The position numbers were made by a program, and so were the translations under genes. The notes beneath the pieces are model-generated. The model was not told where the DNA came from and ran no database searches. It worked only from the letters and a program-made list of their open reading frames with translations. This document shows, in pieces, positions 25,125 to 37,443 of a stretch of 64,000 bases of DNA; positions within the stretch are counted from its first letter, which is position 1; every line of letters begins with the position of its first letter. Origin of the DNA: Elsinoe ampelina (Eukaryota); the NCBI GenBank assembly GCA_010093995.1, contig ML992501.1, forward strand, positions 1,456,566 through 1,520,565, given 5' to 3'.

Positions 25125-26513
25125 TTATCCCTTGGATGTCGCTGGGGATACATGTATCTCCCAGTACTTTTCGTAAGGGAGCTTTCCAGTCCTCATCCCT
25201 GTTAGGGCTTGCCCATAAGCTGTCGTATCTGCAGGCATCGAGAGTAGGTCTGATGCGGTACCTTTGTGCTGGTACTTTAGGAACGAGACCGACACGTCTA
25301 CGTACTGGAAGATGCCTTCCCCCACATCGATCGTAGCTCCAGTAGTCCACTTCAACAGCAATGGCTCTATCAGAGGAGCATCGCATACTGATGGGTGCGA
25401 CGTCTCCAGAGATGTGAGGAACCACGCCTGGCTACCACCCTTCAACACCTTTTCCGCTAGCTCTTTCACCACCTCGAAATGCGGACGACCAAAGAATACC
25501 GACTTCTTCTTCGACCAAGACTGTGAGTGTATAATCAGAGTAGGTACCGCAATCTTGTCGTTCAGCCGACCACTGTTCTTCCCTGGATCCATGATAATCG
25601 CGCCCTTGAACGGCATCCTTTTCGACGGCGCATTCTTCAGCGTCTGCAGAGCCAACGTCGCTCCATACGAATGCCCAGCGATAGTCATACTCCCAACGTC
25701 CAATCTGTCCTTCCACTCCTTAACTCCCTTCCCCTCCCCTCGCAGACCCACATCCACCTCCCTCCCCTCATCAATCCTCCTCAAAACCCTCACCACCTCC
25801 TCCACCTCCCCCTCCCTCATCCCCAATTGCGCCCTCTTCAGCTCCTCCCTCGTCACCTCTCCCCCATCCACCACCACCTCCTGCTCCCCAAAGTGCAGCT
25901 TCGCCCGTCCCGCGACCTCCGTCCCCGGCGCGCTCCCATCTCTATGCTCCACCGCCACAACCACGTACCCTCTACTCGCCACCTCCCCGCACCACTGCGT
26001 ATAGCTCGTCCGCATACTAGCCATCCCATGACTGAAGACCACAACAGGCCACTTACCCCCGTCCGGCTTACGGAGTAGCGGCAGGTCCACTCCGGCAGGC
26101 ACCTTCGTCCCGCCTACCAGCGCCCACAGCCCGATCGTGAACAACGTGTCTGTAACAAAATTGCTCCATCCAGCGAACCTCGCCCAACCCTTGGCTGTCA
26201 GGCTAATGGGCCGGGGGATCCAGTAGTGTTGCCTCCTTGACCCTACAGCCTCTCGTTCAGCAGGGTAGAAGACACTGAAGAGCACCGTTTCGAGCTTGAA
26301 TGCCGGCTCCCCTGTGGTGGTGAAGACCGCGGGTTGGATGACGCGTGGTTGAACTGGGACTTCGAGATCGATGGTACCGACGCGGTGGGAGCCTGTGTAG
26401 GACGGAAGAGAAGAGGAGAGGAGTGGACGAGAGAGCAGGAGGCGGTAGGTGATGTAGAGGAGGGGGAGGGAGACGAGGGTGGTGGTGAGGGTGAGGCGGG
26501 GGAGGGGGAGCAT
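25125..26513 (-). CDS. Platelet-activating factor acetylhydrolase-like phospholipase (alpha/beta hydrolase)
   Basis: N-terminal TM segment; PVVVFSHG, AVEHRDGS and GHSYG nucleophile motifs. Confidence 0.88.
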   Translation of the reverse strand: MLPLPRLTLTTTLVSLPLLYITYRLLLSRPLLSSSLPSYTGSHRVGTIDLEVPVQPRVIQPAVFTTTGEPAFKLETVLFSVFYPAEREAVGSRRQHYWIPRPISLTAKGWARFAGWSNFVTDTLFTIGLWALVGGTKVPAGVDLPLLRKPDGGKWPVVVFSHGMASMRTSYTQWCGEVASRGYVVVAVEHRDGSAPGTEVAGRAKLHFGEQEVVVDGGEVTREELKRAQLGMREGEVEEVVRVLRRIDEGREVDVGLRGEGKGVKEWKDRLDVGSMTIAGHSYGATLALQTLKNAPSKRMPFKGAIIMDPGKNSGRLNDKIAVPTLIIHSQSWSKKKSVFFGRPHFEVVKELAEKVLKGGSQAWFLTSLETSHPSVCDAPLIEPLLLKWTTGATIDVGEGIFQYVDVSVSFLKYQHKGTASDLLSMPADTTAYGQALTGMRTGKLPYEKYWEIHVSPATSKG

Positions 26514-27089
26514 GTTGGTTTCTTGAGAGATGGATATGCTGGAATAGGAGAGCGATTGGAGAAAAAGAGAAGACATCGGAGGTCGTGGTGTAGTCGTGCT
26601 TACATTGTTGATGCTGCCGCCTCTTCCGGGGGATTTTTGATGGGCGACGTCACGCGGACGTGTGCCTGAGTGAGATTGCGCTGAGGGCGCGGGACGGCAG
26701 ACAATATTTTTGACAGCTGTTCTCCTTGTTATTGGCTCTCGTTACCGTCAAAGAAATTTGGCGCTGACGACGCATCAAGGCCGTGTGTGTTTGGTGTAGA
26801 GAAAGGTTGGATGGTCTAAAGGAGATGTTGAAAAGTCGGGATGAAATCTCTCTCCTGCCAGGCAATCCACTTGGTCGTTCCACCAAGCTCCCCACGACTT
26901 CTCGTGCCTCGTCCGGGAATCCTTACGAAGGGTTTTGTGCAGGACTATTACGTTCAATACTGCTCACTTGCAAGGGCAGAACCGGTCAAACATCGATGCA
27001 TTCCATTTTTGACATTACAACTTAAAGACTACATATTTCTTCTCACATTCCGTCGCAACCATGATGCTTCGTTCCTAGACTCTATGTCT

Positions 27090-27767
27090 TTACTTGCAGG
27101 TCAAGCCGCGAGTAGACAGTCCGTAGCGACCGTATCTGAGACGGATCTGGCGCCTGACCTCGACGGAGCTCGGGTTGGGAAGAGCAGGGACTGTCATCAC
27201 GATTAGCATAAATCTTGATATCGCCACTAGGGAGAACATGAACATACCGAATTGGAAGATATCAGCAAGGATCTCCTCGTATGGCCTGGTCAAGATACCA
27301 GGAACGATGGCAACATAACCGTTCCTCCTCCAGAACTTCAAGCTAGTGACCAGGTTGCCACCTGGCTGGCCCTGCTCGTTGAAGAGACCAGTGGAGAACG
27401 GAAGAGGCTGTACATTCGCGGCAGGCTTGTTGAAGAGGAGGATGGACCCCTGTGCGTCGTCGGCAGCGGTGACTGCACGGGCGAAGTCGAGGACGTAGGT
27501 CTTGCCGATACGCTGAGCGCGAGTCTCGGCTACGACATTGTCGAGGATACACTGAGCTGCTTCCTCGTTCTGGAGACTGACGTCGGTGCTAAAGCGTTCG
27601 GCCTGGCGGGCGCAGTCGGTAATGAGAAGCAGGGAGGCAAAGCAGCTGCCGAAGGCGCCTTGGGGTCTGGGAGCGGCGAGTGCGTCAGGAGTGGCAGCTG
27701 GAGCTGCTTGGGCTGAGAGCAGAAGAAGAGGAGAGAGAAGGGCAGAAGCGATGAGCGAGGCGTGCAT
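27090..27767 (-). CDS. Secreted protein of unknown function (~206 aa after removing in-frame intron 27191..27247)
   Basis: Clear signal peptide (MHASLIASALLSPLLLLSAQA-AP), 4 Cys, canonical GTATGT..GCTAAT..CAG intron, TATA-like element upstream (~27866). Confidence 0.75.
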   Translation of the reverse strand: MHASLIASALLSPLLLLSAQAAPAATPDALAAPRPQGAFGSCFASLLLITDCARQAERFSTDVSLQNEEAAQCILDNVVAETRAQRIGKTYVLDFARAVTAADDAQGSILLFNKPAANVQPLPFSTGLFNEQGQPGGNLVTSLKFWRRNGYVAIVPGILTRPYEEILADIFQFGMFMFSLVAISRFMLIVMTVPALPNPSSVEVRRQIRLRYGRYGLSTRGLTCK

Positions 27768-29438
27768 GATGGCGAAATGTAATCTGGACCGCGTCGATTG
27801 TGTGAAGATGTCTAGGTGAAGTGAAGTTGTAAGTTATGATTCACTCCCTTCAGCGAGATGAATGCTATTATATAGCTTCAGCGGAGGGAGCTTCTTGCCC
27901 TGATGTGTCCTGTATATTGCTAAGCACGGTCACGCTTACCAAAGGGACTACCAACCAGCCGTAACGAGGTACCTCTCTTATAGCGTCCAGGAAGAGATAG
28001 AGTGAAAATTACCGCATTTGAAAGGCCCATGGTCCAACACGCGGTCGGGAAGACCCACCGGAAGAACTGCGTCTCTCCTTGGTATGCCGACTCGCTTAAG
28101 AACGACATGGTATTGGCTACTCTGATGCAATGACGTTCAAGCTAGTTCACGTCGAGAGTCGAGGCCGCAAAGATCCAATAGACCGACCGTCACGATAATA
28201 AATGTGCAACGCTGAAGCATGTGAGCATTCGCTCCACTGACGTGGTAGTAAGCCGTTGGCGCACAGTCTGTGAGGATGTACGGCCAAGAAGTCTTCCTTG
28301 GGCTTGCATTTGATGAAAAGCTGAACGTAAATCGTCGACCAAGACGGTCATTGGGACCGACGAATGACTAGCAATATCCATGGCGGAAAATCTCATGCAT
28401 CGAGAAACCTTGGCGTGACATGTTTGGAAGCAGTTTGTTGGCCGTCTGGTAGCAGTTCATCTAAGTCTCATCTGCTGGAGGGAGACTAAATCTTGCTAGA
28501 CTGGACCGGGCCGATGGTAGCTCGGTTGCATGATGAACGGCTCTAGGGTTTTCCCGCTGGCCGGGTTCATGGCATATGAGGCGAGAGGTGAGAAAGATGA
28601 TAGACATCAAGAGCGCGACCCCATCTGTAGATTGGAAATAGATTTCAAGCTCACCAGCCTCGGTACAAATCCCATGCACGTTCACTGCTGCAAGGTAATC
28701 ATTCCGGTGGGAGGACAAACGTTCCCGTCCTGCGTCTGGAGGAACCGTGTACATAGCTTTCTTTTTAGCCGCAGGACGTGGCGTGGCGTCGAGGTGCAAG
28801 TGCCAGTATGGTAGCTCTTGTTGGATGTCGTGCGCCTCGCTTAAGCACAGCATTCTCGATTTGGTACTGCTAACAGTGTGCGACAGAACAGCACGCACCC
28901 TCTCCCACCGAATGGAGAAGGTCGATTGATTGCCCATCTCGCAAGCTGCGAAGAGATTCTCACAGACCAGATCATATTCAGCTGCTACCATGTCCGTGGC
29001 GTTGGTATCATACTTCGTACCCAGCTAAGCGACTAGCCAGAAGGGCGAAAAGATGCATGCTCCGTTGGTAGCTCGATATTGCAACTGGTCCGGCTCGACT
29101 GCATTCCATGGTCCGGAGCGGTGACCGAGATTGACTTGTCATGCTCCGCATCATTGATTTGAAGCCTATTCGCCGTCGCAAGGCCCCACCATTCTAAGCG
29201 ATCGTCCCGAATGCTTTTGTAAAGATTGTTATCGGCTGAAGTGACCCATGGTCGTAAAGTGGGAAAGGAAAGAGGAGATCCCTCACCACTGGGAGTGATC
29301 AATGATCCCCGAGCTTGGCGTGAAGGCTCCACTTTTTCCCGTTCCCAAGCACGAGGAACAACTGGAGCTCCCGATCGTTACTGTACCTCTTGCGTCCATT
29401 TGACAATGTGAACCTAGTGCCGACACAGGAGACCAGTC

Positions 29439-30102
29439 ATGCCGTCGCCGATAGTCACGGCCACAGTCCAATCAACGTGCATAGCCTGTGCGTCGAACGT
29501 GATGGCGCAGGTGCTTGACCACTGGAACAAGAATGTAGGTAGCAAGTTGTCAACAACACACGCTACGAGTCGATCACTGAGCTCGACAGGAACCCTTCGC
29601 GTTCTCTTTTGGAGATTTGCTGCGATTCATGTTCCTCAATATCATTGTTGCACCTCCGAATTTCATCTGGCAAGGATGGCTGGAAAGGACTTTCCCAGCA
29701 CGCAAGGCAATCCCAAGCTCTCACAGAGCAAGTCCCGAGGAGATTGAGCTAGGCGAGGCAGACGGTTTCATGGAGAAGCATGAGGAACAAGAGCAGGGAG
29801 GAGACTTCAGCTGGGTCAATACATTCAAGAAGTGGTTCGTCGATTGCATGACGGCTGGCGCCATCATGAACACTGTTGCCTTCCTCGTCATCATGGGTTT
29901 GATGAAGCATAAGAGCCTGCCAGAAATTGGACAGGCCGTTCGCAAGGACACCGTACCGATCATTGTAGCTGGCTACAAGATCTGGCCTATTGCCTCGGTG
30001 ATAAGCTTCACCTTTGTGCCGGTAGAGAAGAGAATTGTCTTTCTCAGCTTCGTGGGCTTCCTGTGGGGCATCTACTTGTCTCTTGTAGCAGCTCGGCAGT
30101 AG
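29439..30102 (+). CDS. Mpv17/PMP22 family membrane protein; intron 29535..29589
   Basis: SNVMAQ, LLRF, PPNFIWQGWLERTFP, KWFVD and YKIWP..S.ISF..VP...R.VF...W.IYLSL. Confidence 0.88.
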
Positions 30103-30242
30103 TCTCTGCCCTCGGCAAGCGGGACTATTGCGACAAATGTCGACCATAGAATGTATAGATCACCTCCTTCGACAGTGTCGATTGGCAGAGTCCTCGTTTC
30201 CGCTACATGTGGGCGCTTGTAGCTCTCGGACTTGGAGAGGCC

Positions 30243-30599
30243 TCACGCCTGAGCCTTCTTCTTTTCCCACTCCTCAGGCGTGTAGCATTTTGGCGTCCAA
30301 GCATGTATCGCAGCGATCTCTTGTTTCAGCAAGCCGTTAACGAGCCGGTGTCGTGCTAATGTGGTCTTCTTCGCGAATTGTGGTGATATTATAATTGCTT
30401 CGAACATTTGCCCGCAACCACCTGGCAACATGTTAATCTTTAGATAGATTCAGGCGATGCTGGACTGCTGACCTGACAGATCCTCGATCTCTACATGTGT
30501 GGCCTGGAGCTTTTCTACCAAGGTCGTCCGAAGAGAATCTGGGGTCACACCGCTTGTACCCTGTACCTCCATGGCCTCGTTGTCGGTCCTGGCGCTCAT
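30243..30599 (-). CDS. BolA family protein (Fra2/Bol2-like); intron 30422..30472
   Basis: Spliced HVEIEDLS|GGCGQMFEAIIISPQF..LARHRLVN..LKQEIAAIHA. Confidence 0.92.
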
Positions 30600-30841
30600 A
30601 GTGTCGAATGCTGTGCCTTGCGATGAAGGGCGTCCTACGGGAAGTCTCAAGTTCTGGTGGGGTATGTTGCAGCAGGTAGCGATCTCGGCGACTCAAAAAT
30701 TTGAAGCCAGTGACGTGCAAGTCCAAGATCCAACCAGCCACATCCGCCTCTATAGCAACCAAAAAACTAAACATGATTAATCTATCCTCTCATTGACGCC
30801 TCTCCTTCATGTTGCGGCCTTTCTTCCGAAGATCATACACC

Positions 30842-32182
30842 ATGGCGAGCGCTTCTACTTCATCGCCCTTTTCAAGGGCCGTCGTCAGTGCAATGCGACG
30901 ACTGTTCGTAGCAGAAGCACCCGTGCCGGCCTGATGCTAATGTTCCACAGCTATCCCGAGTCATTAGCAGATAAGAGCTTCGACAACACGGGCCGTGAGT
31001 CGACCCGCATATCAGGCAGACGAGACCGGGGAGACTGATGACATTGCAGTGCTCTTGGAAGCTCCCTTCAACCACATCCGGAGGCAGATGAACTCTGCTC
31101 TCCTCACAATCGACTTGACCAAAGCTGTCGCAGACGAAGCAATTGAGCGGAATGACTCCATCATAATCGCATATCGTCAGTGCAGCACATCCAAAAAAAT
31201 CTGGCTCGACTGATTGATACCAAGCAAAGATCCCATCATTTTCCGTGGACTAAAGTCAATCACTCTTGGAGACACCCAGCAGAACACTCTTCTGCGACTT
31301 GCCGCCGAGGGTATCAGCGTCTACAGTCCCCACACCGCCGTCGATTGTGCTCCAGGAGGACTAGGAGACTGGCTTGCAGATATCGTGACGGGTACACCTA
31401 CCACTTTGTCCGATATACAATCCGAAGATGCCTCGGCAGACGAGCAGTCCAGCGCGATTAAGGATGGGCCCTCTACGCCGCCAGCACAGACTGCGAATGA
31501 CGATGATCCGTTCGTCGATAATGCTCCGAAGCGACCCACCTACATGCTCCAGCACCATCCTTCACAGCTCTCTGTGACGGATCGAGAAAGAGCCCTACAG
31601 CTCAGTGCATCCCAACATACTCGCTATCCAATCGAGCCATCTTCAGTTGCTGGGTACGAGGGTACTGGCGCTGGCATGGGTCGCATTGTACGCTTTGCAA
31701 AGCCTCAGTCACTCATCGCCATCATTGACCGTATTGGTCTCGGTCTTGGCAACCCCAAAGGCTTCCCAATCGCTATACCTCAGGGCAAAACCATCGAGGA
31801 GATCAAAATATCCTCGGTCGCCATCTGCGCAGGAAGTGGCGGCCATCTCTTCTCCGGGCTGGGAAAGAATGGAAAAGACGACGTGGATCTGCTCTTCACT
31901 GGGGAGCTTTCCCACCATGAAGCACTCGCTGCCATAGAGCAGGGCAAGTGTGTGATCACTCTGTTCCACAGCAACACAGAAAGAGGGTTCCTGAGTAATG
32001 TGCTCAAGGGTCAGCTCGAAAGGGTAGTGAAGGAAGAATGGGACAAGGCACGGAAAGAAGCAAAACAAACAGACTCGGCCGAAGACTTGGAAGAGGTCCT
32101 TGCGGATGAGGAAGTGGAGATTCATGTCAGTGAGGTCGACCGGGATCCGTACGGCATTGTCATCAACAAAGATGAGATCTAG
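30842..32182 (+). CDS. NIF3: NIF3 / NGG1-interacting factor 3 (DUF34); three 5' introns
   Basis: YPESLADKSFDNTG|LLLE, LLTIDLT, IIAY|HPIIFRGLKSIT, YSPHTAVD, AICAGSG, TGELSHHE, HSNTERGFL, SEVDRDP. Confidence 0.92.
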
Positions 32183-32677
32183 CCAAGACCTGTACAACAG
32201 CAAAACCATGGATGATGGTCTGTCGACAAGCCCCCAGTGATAAACACTCGAATGCGGTCTTCGGATCTTTCATCATTTCCGGAGAAGCGTAGAGGTAACC
32301 TCGCTTTTCATGCCCGACCAACCATGAGGTCGTTAAAATGCACGCCAGTATGGCTCTGGTGGATCAGGTGTTGCATACGAGTATAACGTGGATTGACGAA
32401 CAAAAAATTCCGAGGGACCATTGTCCAGTGCCCAGATCTTAAGAGCACTAGCTGCGATCCATCAGCCCTGAAATGCAAGGTTCGGACAATTGCTGCGTTG
32501 AGCCACTCATGACCGCCAAGTCACACATGATGAACAGCTCTACCTTATGAAGCAAGTTTGACGGATGCGTTTGTCAAGCAGTAGTAGTATTCTATTCAAT
32601 CATTATCCCAGGGTATGTACCTCATCACCTCAACGGCTTTCCAGACCATGCCTCAAACCATACAGCCGATCATCCAT

Positions 32678-35407
32678 CTACGCACCCACACTCACGCCCT
32701 GCTGAGCACCCGACCTCGCACCACGGGTTGGCTTGACAGCTCCCGGCCGTGCAAGAGTGTACTTCGCAAACGCCCTCGCAAGTGCCTTCTTGCAGCTGAC
32801 CTTCTGGCTGCCGACGAAGCTGTCCACCGCGACGGCGATGGCACGGTCGATGTCGGCGCTGCTGCAGTAGTCGGAGAGACGCATTTTGGCAAATGACTCC
32901 GAGATGCGGAGGATGGATTCGAGGTGGCGGACCTGGAGCGTGGTTAGCATGATTTGTGGGAGGTAGATAAGAACACGTACTGTGATGGGGTAGGCGCCTG
33001 TTGCCAGACTCTCCCTTCTCATGTCTGCGAATAACCTTGCAATCTTGTCTTGGTCGATCTGGTAGAGCTTGGGTCTGCACTTTTCTCTAGCGTACAGGAT
33101 GTACTTGCGGAGAAGCTCTTGGCTGATCTCGCCCTGTTGCTTCTGTCCCGCATCGACTTGCATGATGCCGTCCTCGTTGCCGTCTGATTCTGCTTGACCG
33201 CGAGCACGGCCGTGGCTGTTGACTACGAATGAGGCGAGTCGCTCGTCCTCAGCAGGGTCGACGGTGTCGCGCACCACGCAGAGGATGTCGAAACGAGACA
33301 GGATGGGCTCGGTGAGTTCGACGTTCTGGCTGAACGGAATGGTACCGTTGTAGCGACCGCCGATTGGATTGGCGGCGGCCACTACTGCACATCGAGCTTG
33401 GAGCGTGGTGACGATACCAGCCTTGGAGATGGAAATGGTCTGCTGCTCCATGGCCTCGTGGATAGAAGTACGATCTTGGTCGTTCATCTTGTCGAACTCG
33501 TCGATCAAGCATGTTCCCTTGTCCGCAAGCACGAGAGCTCCGCCCTCTAAGGTCCATTCTGAAGTCATCGGGTCTCGTCGTACAGAGGCAGTCAGACCGA
33601 CGGCCGAAGCACCCTGGCCAGTAGCAAAGACAGCTCGATGAGCAGTGCTCTCGACGTATTTCAAGACTTGAGATTTGGCTGTACCAGGATCGCCGAGGAG
33701 AAGAAGATTGATATCACCACGGATGGAGTGCTTGCCCTGTGCCATTTTGCTGACGCCACCAAACAAACTCAGTGCGATTGCAGTCTTGATGTCGGTGTGG
33801 CCGTAGATGCTTGGCGCGATACTTGATATGATCATTTCGATGATACGAGGGTTGCGAGAAAGAGCACGAATCTCTCGCTCATCTTCCTCAGTCAAACGGA
33901 AGCCTGCGAGCTGATCATGCGATTTAACGACATGGTTCGCCTCGAGGATGGTCGCAAAGACTGGGAAGCCGTTCTTGTTGTTTAGCTGGGCATCATAATT
34001 GTTTCGGTAAACTCCGGTGATCTCGACCTCTTCGCCAGGCTTTGCCGAGTCGATCAAATCCCAGAGAAGGATCACCTCACGATGTCGAGGAAGACGCCCT
34101 GCAGGTACGGTACCAGGCGATTCCTGTAGAGTGATCTTCTGGTAGTTGCGATAAACTGTCTTCTCCGAGTTCAAGGTGAAAGGTCCTCGAGACTGACAGT
34201 TCTGGCAGAACGACAGCTTGACCTCGGCGTTGGAGTCCTGAGGGAATGGTCCAAGAGTGATTCCACACTTTGTGCAATCGAACTTGACATACTTCAGTTG
34301 TGGGAAAACACCAGTTCTGCGTGTGACGACACCGCTGACACGAATGAGGCAGTTGAGATGGCTCTGTCGTAATTGTCGCAGTGTGTAGCTGACAGGTAGG
34401 CCATTGATTCTGACATGAATCTCTGAATGGATGCGCTCATAATCTGGGTAGTGGTAAAGAGTGACCTCCATGGCAACCTGGTCGAAGATCTTAAGCACTT
34501 CGGTAGGGGCATTTGCCACAAAGTACGCGATCGTCGGCTTCATGTTGCTCAAATCATCCCAGTCCACTTCCAGTGATTCAGCGTTGACCTCACCGAGAGT
34601 CCTTATCCTAACACCGTACACTGACACGCCTTGCGCATCTACGAACTCGGTGAGGAAGGACTTGAACTCCCGGGCGATTGTCCGGGATACAGCAGGTTGC
34701 ACAACCCAGTCTGTCAAGCTCGAGGCCTTCACATCTGCAAGTGCTTCGGCCGAGAGCTCTTCGGTCATGATGTCTTCCACCATATCCACGTCGTCCTGCT
34801 CCTCATCGTATCGATGACGCCTTCGCCGGGGCTGTCGGGTCAGATCTGCCACATCGTCGTCCTCGTCCGGGAGAAAGGCATTAGGTCGACCTCGTTGGCG
34901 TGCGAGCTCGCGATCGCGGCGGTTAAGCCTAGCATCCAGTTGCCTCCTTGCCGCCAGGTCCATATCATCATACTCCTCCTCGTCCAGATCAGCTGCCTCG
35001 TAGAAGTCGTTGATATTGTTCTCCCTTCGGCGGTAATCGCGATCAAAGTTGTCGCCAAAGAGGTCGATGCCAGCATCTTCCTCCATCATCTCCTCTGCAT
35101 CATCAATGTCTTGAATCATGTCCTCCGGGTCGACATCGTCCTCATCATCTTCTTGCGGCATCATTGGCGGTGAAGAAGCGGGAGCTGCCCATGTCAGATA
35201 TCGGCTTGCGCGGCAAAATTGTTCACCTACGACTTGATGGCGGTGCAGGTGATGAGTCTGCCATTTCTTCGTCGGTATCACGCCCGCGCTTGCGTGCACC
35301 TCCTGGGACTAAGCGGCCCCTGTTTGCGGAAGACATGTTTGGTCGAAGTGGTGAGCTGCAAGGTCAGTAGCTTTCTTACGGGTGACTGGAAATCGTTCGT
35401 ACCTCAT
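32678..35407 (-). CDS. MCM2: DNA replication licensing factor MCM2; introns 35356..35402, 35185..35230 and in-frame ~32933..32980
   Basis: MSSPLR start via a 5-nt first exon; C4 zinc finger; GDPGTAKS (Walker A), IDEFDK (Walker B), SRFD arginine finger; histone-binding acidic N-terminus. Confidence 0.97.
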
Positions 35408-35516
35408 TAAAATATCTTGGATTGTGGTTGGAATGAAATTGGACTACACGAGTGCTTTAGAACTGTAGCACAGAAGTGGGTTCAGAAGAAGTCGAGGGGT
35501 TCTCTCCTCCGCGGCG

Positions 35517-35554
35517 ACGCGTCGACGCGCCAAGAAATCGTGGGAGACGCGAAA
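35517..35554. promoter_or_regulatory. MCB/SCB-like G1/S elements in the MCM2-UBR7 divergent promoter
   Basis: ACGCGT 35517-35522, ACGCG 35525-35529 and ACGCGAAA 35547-35554, all within 150 bp upstream of the MCM2 start. Confidence 0.7.
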
Positions 35555-35698
35555 TCAATTTGTCCCGATTAGGAATTATTATAATGCCCAGCTTAAGCAG
35601 CTTGGGACCAAGTCGACCGCAGTCAAGACCTCACAAACCCACTTCGCTCTTCCGTTTCGTCCTTTTCTTCATCTCACATCCCCTGCAGAAGTTGAAAC

Positions 35699-37309
35699 AT
35701 GGCCGAAGCCTCGGAAGTCCAGCCAGCAGACAGTGGCTCTCAAATCTCTGCCGCGGATTCGCAGACAGCTCAAGAGTATGTCTGGCAGCCGCACATGATG
35801 GACACAGCTCACGACTCACAGGTACATCGCCGAGCAGTTGCGTTTGGAAGCCGACGCGAAAGAGGCACTCCCATATGTATGTCCACCCTACTTCCCATAC
35901 CTCGTTCCGACTGACCCGGCCAGCAATTCGACTCGTGCACAAAACCTCTTGGAGCCCTTCGACAATCTCTCTTTTCTTGCCTCACATGCAACCCACCGCC
36001 GAAATCCGTTAACGACCCTTACAGTGCAGCTGGGGTCTGCTACTCATGTAGTATTTCATGTCATGGCGACCATGAGCTGGTCGAGCTGTTTTCAAAGCGC
36101 GACTTCGAATGCGACTGCGGTACTACGAGAACGCCCGAATCAACACCATGCAACTTGCGGAGCCATGGGACTTCTGGCACCAAAGGAAACGTCACAGGAG
36201 AGCTTGCACGTCCGAGCAACAAGTACAATCACAACTTTGCCGGCCGATTCTGCGGATGCGGCGACGAGTACGATCCTCACAAAGAGAAAGGCACCATGTT
36301 CCAGTGTCTCGGGCTGGGTACAGTGGAAGAGGGCGGCTGTGGCGAGGACTGGTGGCATCCAGAGTGCATCATGGGACTTTCGAGACACAAGGATGGCGGA
36401 CTCAGCTCCATGAAAACGAAAGCCCCACCATTGCCATCCGTGACAGAAGAGGCCGAGGTGCAAGGGCAGACGAATGGCACATTATACAAAGATGACGACC
36501 CACCACTTCCATTTGGGTTTCCAGCCGAGGATGACTTTGAGCACATGATCTGCTACAAGTGCGTTGACGCCAACCCCTGGATCAAGCAGTATGCGGGCAG
36601 CACTGGATTCTTGCCGCCAGTGCACTTCTTTGGTCGTGAAGCCCCGCAGATTAAGACACCAGTACTACCGGGTCAGAATGGTAGTGCCCAATCTGACGCG
36701 CCAGTTGTCTCTGCTAAGCGCAAGATGGATGACGATATTGAGGAGTCAGAAGCGAAGCGCTCAAAGACAGATCTAACAGCCACTGACACACCAGTGGATG
36801 TTTCCACCGCTGCACCCGACGCTCAGCCAGGTGTGGATCAAGCCTATCACACCAGACTGCAGCCCATCGCCGACAAGCGCTTCTCCATCTTCCTCAAAGA
36901 AGACTTTCGGGAGCACTTCTGCCGCTGCAAAGACTGCTTTCCACGACTCGCCAAGCTCCCCCACCTCCTTGAGGAGGAAGACACGTATGAACCTCCTATC
37001 TCCGAAAGCGACCATGGCGACGGACAAGGCAGCGTCGGTTCGCGAAGTCTACTCGACCGTGGCGAAGCCGCACTCAGCAACATGGATCGAGCACGAGCCA
37101 TTGAGGGCGTCATGGCGTACAACCACCTCAAGGACAACCTGAAGTCGTTCCTGCAGCCCTTCGCAGATAGTGGACAAGCAGTCGGTGCAGAAGACATCAA
37201 AGCATACTTCGCCAAGCTCAGGGGCGACGAAGCTGGACTGGCGCAAGCCGCTACGACCGCTGATGGAGGAGGCGACGGTGACAACAGAAGAGAGCAGAGC
37301 GGGTATTGA
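35699..37309 (+). CDS. UBR-box zinc-finger E3 ligase (UBR7/Mlo2-like), multi-exon
   Basis: QLRLEADAKEALPY, CYSCSISCHGDHELVELFSKRDFECDCG, YNHNFAGRFCGC, MFQC..EDWWHPEC, C.C..C. Confidence 0.88.
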
Positions 37310-37443
37310 CGAATCTTCTTGATCAATCATGTAAACTAGTTTGAGATGACCACCGGCATAACGGCGTTTGGATGACCAGGAACTGAATCTTACCTTTCCA
37401 ACACCTTGCTTTAAATCGGACCAAACCCTACCGTACCTGCCCC

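Noticed and set aside
28190..29332. Minus-strand ORFs 28461..28991 and 29033..29332 as a gene
   Set aside because: No recognisable motif and no convincing splice model; it may be a hypothetical gene but cannot be supported from the sequence alone.
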